Part shown: piece by piece, positions 35,441 through 44,858 of the stretch
Layout: each line of letters starts with the position of its first letter
Position numbering within the stretch: position 1 is the stretch's first letter
IMG/VR virus record: IMGVR_UViG_3300046791_000454
Span: 17,497 to 81,496 of that record
From: a virus
DNA length: 64,000 nucleotides
Direction: 5' to 3' (one strand)
The notes under the pieces: model-generated
Seen by the model: only the letters and a program-made list of their open reading frames with translations
The model's database searches: none
Told to the model about the DNA's origin: nothing
Position numbers and translations under genes: made by a program

Positions 35441-36517
35441 CTACGGAGTAAACGACTCGATGACCGAGCCGTCGGAGCGCAGAAGCGAGGCCGTCAGAGA
35501 GGCGTCTGCGAGGTCGTCGGTGTCGCGAACGCGCTGCTCACGCACGACGTACGAGAACTCGACGGCCGGGTATGCGAGCGGCTTGCCGTTGTCGCGTTGA
35601 ATCTTGAGGTAGCGCCAGGCCGCTTGCTTGAGCGCCCAGACCTTCATGGCGCCGAGCGCAGGAAGGAGCAGCGTGCCACGACCGGCGAAGGCGCCTGTGC
35701 CAACGGTGATGGTGCCGGCAGTGCCGGTCTGCGCGTCGACTGCGACGCTCACGACGGCAGTGTAGCCGTTGGCCGAAGCGAACGTCTCCGCGCCCGTCAG
35801 GATGACGAAGACCTCGCTCTGCGCGAAGCCGAGGACGTCGAGGCCCGAGAGCGTGATGGTCGAGCCGAGCGTGAAACTGCCAGCCGTGCCGCCGAGTGCG
35901 ATGGTCACGCCGCGCGGAGGCGTGATGACGGCAGGGCCGATGCTGCCGTCGAGGCCAGCGCCGGCGTACGTGTGCTGCGACGTGAGCGTCGCCTTCGTGA
36001 GCAGGATGCTGCTCGGCAGCGCGGCGACGTTGAGCGCCTTCGAGTCTTGGTCCAGAGGATTCTGGTAGGCCGGGTGGCGCGTCTTCCAGATGGCGTCCGA
36101 GATGACCTTGGAGAGGCCGGAGATGATGGGCTTGTAGGGCCCGGAGCGCGCTTGCGGCTGCTCGGGCGGGACCCAGAGAAACGTCCAGGCGTCCTCTGCG
36201 ACGAGCCACTCGCCTGTGTAGTCGTAGGGGGCGACGTTGGGCTTGCGGTAGCCGTAGAGAGCGCCGCCCTTGGCGTCGTTGAAGAACCCGCCGCCCGCCT
36301 CTTCCGGGTTGTACGGGAAGACGAAGCGGATGGGGTCTTGGCCCGGAGCGCGCTTGCGCCACGCGTCGCCCATCTCGGCGTTCACGACTGCCTTGATGAA
36401 GGCGAGCATGACGTCGAGGCCCGGGTCGGAGACCGCGGAGAGCGACGCTACGTTGGGGTCAGGGCCGTCGGTCGGCGCCAGAACCGGCAGCTCGGTCGCG
36501 CCGTACGTGTCGGCCAT
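35441..36517 (-). CDS. putative tail terminator/neck protein with inserted beta domain
   Basis: Position; central Thr/Gly-rich segment. Confidence 0.65.
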   Translation of the reverse strand: MADTYGATELPVLAPTDGPDPNVASLSAVSDPGLDVMLAFIKAVVNAEMGDAWRKRAPGQDPIRFVFPYNPEEAGGGFFNDAKGGALYGYRKPNVAPYDYTGEWLVAEDAWTFLWVPPEQPQARSGPYKPIISGLSKVISDAIWKTRHPAYQNPLDQDSKALNVAALPSSILLTKATLTSQHTYAGAGLDGSIGPAVITPPRGVTIALGGTAGSFTLGSTITLSGLDVLGFAQSEVFVILTGAETFASANGYTAVVSVAVDAQTGTAGTITVGTGAFAGRGTLLLPALGAMKVWALKQAAWRYLKIQRDNGKPLAYPAVEFSYVVREQRVRDTDDLADASLTASLLRSDGSVIESFTP

Positions 36518-36520
36518 GGC

Positions 36521-36967
36521 TCAGCCCTTCAGGCGCGCTTGGATGTCTCCGACGACCTTGCCCTCAATCGTCGCCTTCGCGATCTCGGCTGCGTGCTCCG
36601 CCGCCGGCTGCATAAACGGCTGCGCCGAGGTCCCAGGGTGCTGAACACGCTGAGCGAAGCGGTGGCCGCCGTCGCGACCAATCCAGTGGAGCGCCCGCGC
36701 GTTCTTGACTTCGATCTCGTGCGGAGAGGTGGCCTCTTCCACGAAGCTCGCGTAGTCGGCCTTCGCGACCAGGGCGTCGCCCTCGTGGCCGATGCTGGCC
36801 GTGAGGTTGGCCGTCTGGTCCTTGTAGGTGTGGTTCGCCTTGGCGAAGGCCACGCCGGCGTCTAGGCCCGTCTGGATGGCGTCCGACACGCCCGTGTCGA
36901 GCATGCCGTCGGCGTCCGCCATGGCGGCCTGGAGCTCGGATAGGTCCCAGTCGACGGAGAAGGACAT
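36521..36967 (-). CDS. HK97 gp10-like neck/tail completion protein
   Basis: TANLTASI, ADYASFVEE, VQHPGTSAQPFMQPA. Confidence 0.85.
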   Translation of the reverse strand: MSFSVDWDLSELQAAMADADGMLDTGVSDAIQTGLDAGVAFAKANHTYKDQTANLTASIGHEGDALVAKADYASFVEEATSPHEIEVKNARALHWIGRDGGHRFAQRVQHPGTSAQPFMQPAAEHAAEIAKATIEGKVVGDIQARLKG

Positions 36968-37429
36968 CTAGAAGTCGCCTCCGATGTACCTTCCGTCGGA
37001 CGTGTCGAGGAAGGCCCGAGGACCGTTCGACACGACCACGCCGCCGACGTTGGCTGGCTTCGCGGTGGTATCAGGGAGCCGCTGCGTGGCTGCCTGCACG
37101 CGTAGCGCGAAGGTGTCCGCGCGCTTGCGCATCTCGGCGGCCTGCCCGCTGCGCACGAGCTCGGGGTGGCGCTCGAACGCGTAGGAGCGGAAAAACTCGA
37201 GAGCGAGGATTCGCACGAGGCGGTCCGTCGCTTCGATGACGCCGATGGCGTACTCGGGCAGGAGGTACGACGCCGTTTGCCCCTCGGCAGCGTCAATGTC
37301 GAGCAGCACCGCCGCCGAGGTCGCCGGGTCGAAGACGCCCGGACCCAGGTTGGTGTCGTCGTAGATTTCGCGAAGCACCGCGGGCGACAGGAAGGCCTCT
37401 ACGTCGGCAGAGGAGATCCAAACGCTCAT
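36968..37429 (-). CDS. head-tail adaptor (Mu gp36/DUF1320-like)
   Basis: IDAAEGQTASYL..Y; position after capsid. Confidence 0.75.
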   Translation of the reverse strand: MSVWISSADVEAFLSPAVLREIYDDTNLGPGVFDPATSAAVLLDIDAAEGQTASYLLPEYAIGVIEATDRLVRILALEFFRSYAFERHPELVRSGQAAEMRKRADTFALRVQAATQRLPDTTAKPANVGGVVVSNGPRAFLDTSDGRYIGGDF

Positions 37430-37438
37430 GGTGAGACC

Positions 37439-37612
37439 TCAGAGCGGTGCGAGGACTCCGCTGGCCACGAGGCGCGCAGCCTCGTCTTCGGGTACTTCGA
37501 TCGGGTCCCCAGTCGGCACGCTGAGTCCGCCGCCGATGATGACGGACCCGAACGTGACCTTGTAGGTTCCCAGCTTGGGGCTGGGGTCCTTCTTCGGCTC
37601 TTCCTTCGCCAT
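37439..37612 (-). CDS. small head accessory protein (57 aa)
   Basis: GDPIEVPEDEAARLVASG motif typical of post-capsid small proteins. Confidence 0.75.
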   Translation of the reverse strand: MAKEEPKKDPSPKLGTYKVTFGSVIIGGGLSVPTGDPIEVPEDEAARLVASGVLAPL

Positions 37613-37620
37613 CGCCTGAC

Positions 37621-38841
37621 TCACTGGTAGGCGGCGGCGATCAGGCCACCGACGAACTTGGAGGTCATGACCTCCGCGTCCTGGTGAACGATGACGACCT
37701 TGTTGCCGCCCATGGGGCCGCGGTCCTGCACGAAATATTCGCGCACCATGAAGCCGCCGCTTGCCACGCCGTCCGTGACCGTTGCGCCGTCCCAGCGGAA
37801 CGTGATGCTCGTGGCCACGTCGTCCTGGTTCATCGGCGGCATCTGGTCGGGCTGGCGAACCAGCACGACGTCGCCGCCCCAGGTGTAGACGAGGGTGCCA
37901 GCCGCGTTGATGTGGCGGAACTTGGCCACGTAGATCGGCGGCAGCTGGAGCAGGGCGCTCACCTCCGCCGGCTTCGGGATGGGCGCCGTGCTGTCCTTGT
38001 AGGCGTAGTAGCCCTTGACCGCAGGGTTGCGGACGAAGGCATTGTACGTGGGGTAGGCCATGATGATGCCGGTCGCCGTGCCCCACGACGCTTCGAGGCG
38101 AGCGTGCAGGTCTGCGATCGGATCGCTCGTGGCGCCGCCGTTCCACTTCGCGCCCGAGAGCACCGAAGCGTAGACGCTCGCATCCCAGTTGCCCTGCGTG
38201 CGGGCCAGGCTTGCGACGCGAATCTCGCGCTCGATGTTGAGCGCGTTCATCACGCGCTTTGCCGCCGCCTGACGAATGCGGAGCGGCGCGTCTGCGGCCG
38301 CTTCGATCTCCGTACCGACGAAGGCACCGACGGCGCGCTCGACGGTCGTGAAGCCCGTGTTCGCGAGACGGGGGGCGATCTCGTCCACGCCGCTTGCCGC
38401 GCTTGCGCCGACAGGCAGCGCGCGCTGGAAGGCGTCGTTCTTGTCGAACGTGTAGAACTTGCCGGCCGGCTTGGGCTGCCGCAGCGGAGGCGAGAACATA
38501 TCCGCCATCGGCATCTCGTTCCGGTACCCAGCCGCGTAGTTCGGAATGGGCGCCGACTGCTGGATGTCGGACACGCCGAGATCCATGGCGACGATTCCGG
38601 ACTCTTCGGCGAACGATTGCGCCATGGCATGAGCCCGGTCCGGGTCAGCGCCCTTCATGGCGGCAATCATGGTCGCCTGGCTGTAGCTCAGGGCGTAGTC
38701 CGCGAGCGGCTGACGGAAGTCGTCGACCGGATCCCACTTCGCGACCTGATTGCCGGACAGGTCGTAGACGTGGCCCGTGTCGATGTCGAGCTTGAGATCG
38801 CGGTTCGAGTTCTCGTCGCGATAGGAGATGACGTTGCTCAT
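37621..38841 (-). CDS. major capsid protein with 85-aa N-terminal extension
   Basis: GYRNE..ADMFSP...GKFYTFDK; REIRVA; KWNGGATSDPIADL; GAGGA SD. Confidence 0.88.
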   Translation of the reverse strand: MSNVISYRDENSNRDLKLDIDTGHVYDLSGNQVAKWDPVDDFRQPLADYALSYSQATMIAAMKGADPDRAHAMAQSFAEESGIVAMDLGVSDIQQSAPIPNYAAGYRNEMPMADMFSPPLRQPKPAGKFYTFDKNDAFQRALPVGASAASGVDEIAPRLANTGFTTVERAVGAFVGTEIEAAADAPLRIRQAAAKRVMNALNIEREIRVASLARTQGNWDASVYASVLSGAKWNGGATSDPIADLHARLEASWGTATGIIMAYPTYNAFVRNPAVKGYYAYKDSTAPIPKPAEVSALLQLPPIYVAKFRHINAAGTLVYTWGGDVVLVRQPDQMPPMNQDDVATSITFRWDGATVTDGVASGGFMVREYFVQDRGPMGGNKVVIVHQDAEVMTSKFVGGLIAAAYQ

Positions 38842-38848
38842 TGGTTCC

Positions 38849-39298
38849 TCAGGCGTTCTTCGCGATGGCGACGAGAACGAGAACAGGCTCGCTGTCCGCG
38901 CTGGTGGTGTTGAGGGCGTAGCCAATCTGCGCGAGCGCAGCGGTTTGGGCCTTGGCGAAGCCGACCTTGAGAGAGGTCGAACTGGCCATGACGGCCACGC
39001 CAGCAGTGATGGCGCCGTCCGCGAGCATCGGAGCGATGCCTGCCGTGCGCACGCGGCACGTCTGGCCGGCCTTTGCCGTCTCCATCGTGACGCCGACGAC
39101 GAGCTGCCCGTCACCCGTCACCGGGATGATCCCGGGGGTGTCGACGGTGCCCCACGTGGCGTTGTCCGCGCCGCCGAGCACGTTGGTCGTGTCGATCTTG
39201 ACTGCGACGTTCGCCGCGATGTCCGTCGACGCGGAGTAGTTCTTGAACGTGAAATCCGAATACGAGGGCGCACCGGCCCCCTGGAAGTTGATGGCCAT
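38849..39298 (-). CDS. capsid cement/decoration protein (DUF2190-like)
   Basis: VVGVT...G..GAITAG..V....G.A...IGYAL. Confidence 0.8.
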   Translation of the reverse strand: MAINFQGAGAPSYSDFTFKNYSASTDIAANVAVKIDTTNVLGGADNATWGTVDTPGIIPVTGDGQLVVGVTMETAKAGQTCRVRTAGIAPMLADGAITAGVAVMASSTSLKVGFAKAQTAALAQIGYALNTTSADSEPVLVLVAIAKNA

Positions 39299-39332
39299 GC
39301 TGCCCTCTTCGTGTGTTGGAGTGGTTGTGTGC

Positions 39333-41153
39333 TCAGCCGGCCTTCTTCAGGATCCGGTACGCTTCGCGCTGCGCTGCTTCGAGCGAGATGTGCTTCGTGC
39401 GCGCAATCTGCCGAGACAGGTCGCGGAACGAGAGCTGCACGGTGTCAGTCGAGCCGGACGCCGGCGGACGCTGGGCAGGCGCGCCAACGCTCAAGCCCGT
39501 CAGGTTCGAGAGCAGGTGGCGCTTGTCTGCCGAGACGCGCGGATAGAGCTTCTCGAACAGCTCAGGGTTCGCGCGGAGCGTGAGGCCCATGGCCTCGCGG
39601 TCCTCCGCGCAGAGCGCCTTCTTGTCCTTGTAGGTGTCGAAGGCCTCGGCCACGCGGTCCGTCTGGGCCAGCTGGACGCGCGCCGTCTCGGCATCGCGCA
39701 GCGACTTGACCTCGACCTCGAGTGCGCCCGCGCGCGACTCGGCGTCCTTGAGCTTCAGGGAGAGCTCGGCCTTCTCGGTCTTCTGGGTCTCGACCTGCGC
39801 CGTGAGCGCGACGAGTTTCTCTTCGTGGTCCTTCAACTGTGCAGTGAACTCGACCGACATGGCGGTATCTCCTTCAGGAATCGCCACGTCGGTGGCGGTC
39901 AACAAACCTTCGTCTTCCATCTCGGAGACGTCGGCGGCGGCGTCCGGATGCAAGATGGCCTCGTGCTGCGCGATGGCCGCATCGATCATCTCTTGGACTG
40001 CATTGAGCAGCTGCTCGACGGTGCAGCTCCCGCCCATGCCCATGAGCGAGGACAGGGCGTCGGTGTACCCGCCGAGGTCGACGCCCTGATGAGTGGCGTA
40101 CGCGTGCGGCGCGGTCTCGTAGAGGTCGCGCAGCCGACCCACTTGGTCCGAGCATTCGCGCATTGAGGCGAGCTCATTCATCTTGAGAGCGGCGCGGACC
40201 TTGGGCGCGAATGCGTCGAGGTTGCTGGCCACCATGGCTCCGGCGCGGCTCGAGAACACAACCGAGCTCCAGTCGCCTGCGTTGTCGGACACCGAGCCGA
40301 GGGACATCTGGCCGCTCGCGGCAAGCGGGGCCATGCCGGCGAGATAGGGTGAATTCGTCATGGCTCCAGACGACATTCGGGCGCCGATGATCTCACCAGT
40401 GACCCTATCCTTCGCTCGGAAGTTGATCGCGGGGCTGAAGTAGCGGTACTCGTTCGCGCGAATCTGATTGCGTGCCTTCGGATTCCACTCGACCAGGCCG
40501 TAGAGGTTCCCCGCCTCGATCTTCATGTCGCGAATCCAGCCCTGTGCCGGTGCGCCTTCGGGCCCGAGGTCGCCGGGCGGGAGCTCGCTTTGGTGTTCGT
40601 GGTCGATCGGGATGGGCTGGCCGTCGCGCTTGAAGTTCGAGACGATCTGCCCGAAGACGTCGCCGTTGAGCTCGAACGGGCCGGCTCGGTGACCGCGGAA
40701 CGTGCCGGGCTTGGCGAGCTGAATCCACTTCGCCGGCTCGGCCGCGGACATCTCGACCGTTGTGACGGGGGCGATGAGCTCGAACCCAGGGAACGAGTAC
40801 ACGTCGTCGTGCAGGTGCCGAATCTCGACCTTGTGCCCGTCCGGGTGCGTGACCGTCATCTCGAGCGGGCGGCGCCGGCGTGCAGCAACCGGAGCCGCTT
40901 GGCTCACGTCCGACACGCCAAGATCCATGTTGTATTGACTCTTGATGCCGAAGCGCTTGGCGGCGGCCGCAATGGCCTTCTTCGCCTTCGCGTAGTCGGA
41001 CGGCGAGACGTCGCCGGACTTCTTTGCCGCCTCCAAGCGCGCAGCCGCATTCCGAACGTGGCTTGCGTTCTCCAGGGGGTACTTGCGTTGCTCGGGCAGC
41101 GCGAACGTCCCCGCCGGCAACGCCTTGCGTGCCTTCGTGCTGATCTCGGCCAT
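39333..41153 (-). CDS. prohead protease/scaffold (Mu gpI-like) with N-terminal DUF6582-like domain
   Basis: WIQLAKPGTF, IPIDHEH, APAQGWI, VEW, EYRYFSP, AMTNSP; N-terminal LPAGTFALPEQRKYPLENASHVRNAAARL; C-terminal coiled coil. Confidence 0.9.
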   Translation of the reverse strand: MAEISTKARKALPAGTFALPEQRKYPLENASHVRNAAARLEAAKKSGDVSPSDYAKAKKAIAAAAKRFGIKSQYNMDLGVSDVSQAAPVAARRRRPLEMTVTHPDGHKVEIRHLHDDVYSFPGFELIAPVTTVEMSAAEPAKWIQLAKPGTFRGHRAGPFELNGDVFGQIVSNFKRDGQPIPIDHEHQSELPPGDLGPEGAPAQGWIRDMKIEAGNLYGLVEWNPKARNQIRANEYRYFSPAINFRAKDRVTGEIIGARMSSGAMTNSPYLAGMAPLAASGQMSLGSVSDNAGDWSSVVFSSRAGAMVASNLDAFAPKVRAALKMNELASMRECSDQVGRLRDLYETAPHAYATHQGVDLGGYTDALSSLMGMGGSCTVEQLLNAVQEMIDAAIAQHEAILHPDAAADVSEMEDEGLLTATDVAIPEGDTAMSVEFTAQLKDHEEKLVALTAQVETQKTEKAELSLKLKDAESRAGALEVEVKSLRDAETARVQLAQTDRVAEAFDTYKDKKALCAEDREAMGLTLRANPELFEKLYPRVSADKRHLLSNLTGLSVGAPAQRPPASGSTDTVQLSFRDLSRQIARTKHISLEAAQREAYRILKKAG

Positions 41154-41184
41154 GGCTGTCTCCGTCAGGTGTCCGCAGGAGACG

Positions 41185-42846
41185 TCACGACAGTGCGAGC
41201 TGGCCCTGTGCCGTGTATTCGAGCCAGGACCCGCAGAGCAGCAGGTCGTCGGTACCCAGGAAGCTGTCCGTGGGCTTCAGGCTGATCGACAGGCGCCCAT
41301 TGGTCGCAGTGAACGTGTTGCCGGGAATCGTCAGCGTCAGACGCGAGACGGTCTTGGCCGTTGCCGTGGGCGACGCGATTGCCGTGGTAAGGCCGCTGAA
41401 CGTCGGGCCCGCGGACTCGAGCGAACCTGCGAGCTGCTGCCAGATGGCCACCGTGAACGGAGCGGTGTCCGCAGCCGTGGCGCCCGACTTGCTGACGAGC
41501 AGCGCGAGCGTCATCGGCTGCGTGAAGTCGAGGTTCAGCGGGAGGTCCGTCTCGGAGAAGATCGCCGTCTGCGTGGCGAAGTTGTTCCAGCGAATCCCCA
41601 TCGCCTTCGAGTTGTTGAGCCGAACGCCGGGGGCCGAAGCGCCCGAGTTGTCGGCCCACGCAGCCATCGGCGTACCCGCTGCGAGCACCGACGCCTTGAA
41701 GTCGATCGGAATGATCGGCGTCGCGACCTTCTTGGTGTACTCGAACCAGAAGCCGTTACACATCGCGTCGTCGGTGCCGAGCGTGCCGTCCGTGGGCTTG
41801 ATGCTCACGGTCACGCGGTGCGGACCTGCCGTGAAGATGTTGGCCGCGATGCCGAGCGTGACCTTTCCGACCGTCTTCGCGGTCGCGGTGCCGACGAGCG
41901 CGCTCGTCGTGCCACCGAAGCTCGTAGTCGCGTCCTCCGCTGCGCCTGCAACCTGCTCGAACACGGCAACGTCGAACGTCGTGGCGTCACCGCCGGTCGC
42001 GCCGCTCTTGCTGGCGAGGACCACGAAGACCGAAGGCTTCGTGACATCCATGTCGGCGGGCAGCTCGAAGTAGCTGAAGATGGCCGTCTGGCCCGCCTGA
42101 TTGTTCCACCGAATCCCGACCGCTTTGGCGTTGTCGAGGGTAACGCCTGGAGCCGAGGCGCCTGCGTTGTTGACCCACGCCGCCATGGGCGTGCCGGCGG
42201 AGAGGATTGCTGCCTTGAGATCGATGACCACGCGCGGACACGCCGGGCGACGCGTGTACGAGAGGTAGGCGCTGTTGAGCATCAGGTCGTCGGTCACGAG
42301 CGTGCCGCTCGGCGTGAGCGAGACCGACAGACGCGCCGGCACCGTGGGAGGCAGGTAGATTTGCGCCTGGAGCTGCGTGACGGTCTGCGCCGTGAGAGAT
42401 GCCTGAGCGGTCGTGAGCGCGGTCGAGACGGAGCCGATGTTCGAAGGCGCGTCCTCGAGAGCGCCGACCGTTTGCGCATACGCGGCAACCGTGATCGATG
42501 CGACATCCGTGGCCGTCGCACCGCTCTTGGAGACCAGGAAGACGGCAGTGACCGGATACGTCGGATCGAGGTCGAGCGGCAGGTCGACGTACGTCCAAAT
42601 CGTCGTGAGCGTACCGCCCTTCCAGCGGACACCGACGGCCTTGGAGTTGTCGAGCGTGATGCCGGGCGTCGAACCTGCGTACGCAGCGAGGGGCGTGCCG
42701 GCCGCGAGGATGGCGCCCTTCGTGTCGATCACGGCCATGGGCGTCGTCGTCGCCTGAAGCGCGGCGGCCAGGCTGACCGCGTAGTCGCCAATGGCGTAGG
42801 CGTCGCCGCCGAGGTGCTCTCGCGTGGGGGTCGAATACGTGGGCAT
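41185..42846 (-). CDS. three-domain tandem-repeat virion protein (3 x ~170 aa)
   Basis: IDxKxxxLxAGTPxAA...PGxxLxNxKAxGxRW...SKSGAT...TDD occurs three times. Confidence 0.85.
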   Translation of the reverse strand: MPTYSTPTREHLGGDAYAIGDYAVSLAAALQATTTPMAVIDTKGAILAAGTPLAAYAGSTPGITLDNSKAVGVRWKGGTLTTIWTYVDLPLDLDPTYPVTAVFLVSKSGATATDVASITVAAYAQTVGALEDAPSNIGSVSTALTTAQASLTAQTVTQLQAQIYLPPTVPARLSVSLTPSGTLVTDDLMLNSAYLSYTRRPACPRVVIDLKAAILSAGTPMAAWVNNAGASAPGVTLDNAKAVGIRWNNQAGQTAIFSYFELPADMDVTKPSVFVVLASKSGATGGDATTFDVAVFEQVAGAAEDATTSFGGTTSALVGTATAKTVGKVTLGIAANIFTAGPHRVTVSIKPTDGTLGTDDAMCNGFWFEYTKKVATPIIPIDFKASVLAAGTPMAAWADNSGASAPGVRLNNSKAMGIRWNNFATQTAIFSETDLPLNLDFTQPMTLALLVSKSGATAADTAPFTVAIWQQLAGSLESAGPTFSGLTTAIASPTATAKTVSRLTLTIPGNTFTATNGRLSISLKPTDSFLGTDDLLLCGSWLEYTAQGQLALS

Positions 42847-42855
42847 AGTGAGTCC

Positions 42856-44277
42856 TCAGGTCGGCGGCTCGGCCGCCTGGTCGTGGGTATCGACGGGTTC
42901 GGTGCCGTCAGCCTCGGGGGCGACGACGGATTCGTTTGGGTCGGGAGGCGCGGCCGTTCTCCCCGGCATGAGCATCCGAGTGCGGTCGTCGTCGGGGTCC
43001 TCGGGGTCGGCCATCGGCAAACCCGTCAGCTCGGCGAGCCCCTTGATGCTGATGGGCATGTCAATTGACGTGCCCTGCGCGGCGAGCTCCATGATCCGCT
43101 TCGGGTCCGGCTTCTCGTCGGTAACGACGCGAATCGTGGGAGCGAGATGCACCTTGTCCGGCCAGTTGAGCCGGACGATGGCGCCGAAGAGGTCCTCTTG
43201 AAGGGTGTCGGCCAGGCACGCGCCGTCGTAGCGAGTGATGACCTGCGTGCCGTTCTCTCCGACCTGCGCCGTGGAGCGCGAGCCGAACTTGCCGGCTTCA
43301 GTCGTGAAGGTCTGACCGAGCAGCGACTTGCTAATCTGCGCGTCGATCCATTCGAGGAACTGCTGAGCGTCCAGCGAGCTCGCGGCCTTCAGGATATCGA
43401 TGCGCACCGTGTCGGGCAGCGTGGCCGCGTTCAGCGACCCAGCGCCTAGTGCTTTCACCGCGTCGTCCGCCGACGCAATGTCCTCGTCCGATGCAATGGC
43501 CTTGCCATCGCCTTCGGCGCGCCGGTTGAAGTACGCGACGACCCAGGGCCGGATCGTGCGCTCGAAGTCCTGTGCGCTCGCGCGGAGGATGATCCGCTTG
43601 ATGAGCAGGAGAAACGCGATGTACCGCCCCTCGCCGTCGCGGGTCGGATAGTCGCCGTTCAACTGCGGCGCGTGGATGACGAATTTGTTGGGGTAGTCTT
43701 TGACCCGAAGGCCGTAGAGTCCGGCCGAGGTGAGCGGACCACCGACCAGCGCGCCCTGGTCCCAAATATAGACGTCCCACGCGGACGAATTCGGGAAGCT
43801 CAGGCGCCGCGAGTGGAGGAATCGCAGCCCCCTGGCGCACCAGAGTTCGCTGCGGTCCCAATCAATCTCAAGGCCCGAGAGGCCGTAGATGATGCCCCAG
43901 CACAACGATGCGATGCGCTGCGACCGATAGGGAATGCGGTCCCACTGGTAGCGGCACTCGTCCGCAATGGTCTTGGCGAGCTCCTCGTCGGGGTCGTCTG
44001 GCTCGAGCTTCGCGGGGTCGAGCTCAACGCGGGCGCCAGCGACGGCGAGCACACGCTGCCGGGTGACACCGCGCGCGTGGCCGTCGTGCTCGAGCAGCTC
44101 ATTCAGCGCGTCGACGAACTGGTGCCGATAGCCGCTCGTGCAGAGCCGAAAGGCCGCCGAGAGGTAGGCACCAGTGAGGTTTTGGCCGATGACGATCGGC
44201 CATCGGTCGATCGTTGGCGGCGGCGCCAGCTGTGTACCAAGGGCCGCGGTGCGCGTCGGCTTTTCGTCCAACGCCAT
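42856..44277 (-). CDS. portal protein (Mu gp29/DUF935-like)
   Basis: LLEHDGHARG..QRVLAV; GIIYGLSGLEIDW; KFVIH; QISKSLLGQTFTT...GSRS. Confidence 0.92.
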   Translation of the reverse strand: MALDEKPTRTAALGTQLAPPPTIDRWPIVIGQNLTGAYLSAAFRLCTSGYRHQFVDALNELLEHDGHARGVTRQRVLAVAGARVELDPAKLEPDDPDEELAKTIADECRYQWDRIPYRSQRIASLCWGIIYGLSGLEIDWDRSELWCARGLRFLHSRRLSFPNSSAWDVYIWDQGALVGGPLTSAGLYGLRVKDYPNKFVIHAPQLNGDYPTRDGEGRYIAFLLLIKRIILRASAQDFERTIRPWVVAYFNRRAEGDGKAIASDEDIASADDAVKALGAGSLNAATLPDTVRIDILKAASSLDAQQFLEWIDAQISKSLLGQTFTTEAGKFGSRSTAQVGENGTQVITRYDGACLADTLQEDLFGAIVRLNWPDKVHLAPTIRVVTDEKPDPKRIMELAAQGTSIDMPISIKGLAELTGLPMADPEDPDDDRTRMLMPGRTAAPPDPNESVVAPEADGTEPVDTHDQAAEPPT

Positions 44278-44395
44278 CGTGCGGTGCTCCGTGGGTTAGG
44301 GTTGCTGCCCACCGGAACGCACGAAGGAGGGAAACGCGCGGCGGCTCTCGGCCCGGGCAGCGGGGCCGGCTACTCGTGGGGAGGTTCGAGGTGCT

Positions 44396-44429
44396 GAAAC
44401 GCGAAAGCCCACCGGGCGGGTGAGCTTTC
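44396..44429 (-). terminator. leader hairpin GAAAGCTCACC...GGTGGGCTTTC followed by GCGTTTC
   Basis: 11-bp stem in the ~250-bp intergenic region upstream of the portal gene. Confidence 0.55.
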
Positions 44430-44488
44430 TAGTGCGCTAGACGGCGGGGGCTCGTCTGGACGCGCGTTGGACAATAGCCGGACTGCGG

Positions 44489-44515
44489 CGGGCATCAACG
44501 CCCGCGTTCGGGCAT
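44489..44515 (-). promoter_or_regulatory. ATGCCCG direct repeats, 20-bp spacing (candidate late-activator sites)
   Basis: Immediately downstream of the HTH gene, upstream of the head operon. Confidence 0.4.
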
Positions 44516-44525
44516 TGCCAACGAT

Positions 44526-44858
44526 TCATGCTCTACGTTTTGCGGGCTTATCGATCGCGGTGCGGTCACTCGGCGGAAGCTCGGGAAGACGCCGGGAAGT
44601 TCTCAGGTGCTCCACGAGGGTTCGCAGGCGTTCGAGCTCTGTGACGTCCTGCGTCGACCGGTCATGCCGCTGGACCCAGGCCACCAGGGCCGCCTTGTGA
44701 ATGTACACGATGCCGCGGTGGTCCACGCGCGTCGGGAGTGGGTCGACCTCTCGGGCCGCATAGCGACGCGCCGTCTTCTCGTCGACGGCGAGCGCCGCAG
44801 CGATGCCTTTCCAGCCCTCGACGACCTCGAGGCCGGTGGCGGACGACTGTGCGGCCAT
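44526..44858 (-). CDS. MerR/excisionase-like HTH DNA-binding protein (candidate late regulator)
   Basis: EGWKGIAAALAVDEKTARRY....PLP...VYIHKAALVAW. Confidence 0.8.
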   Translation of the reverse strand: MAAQSSATGLEVVEGWKGIAAALAVDEKTARRYAAREVDPLPTRVDHRGIVYIHKAALVAWVQRHDRSTQDVTELERLRTLVEHLRTSRRLPELPPSDRTAIDKPAKRRA

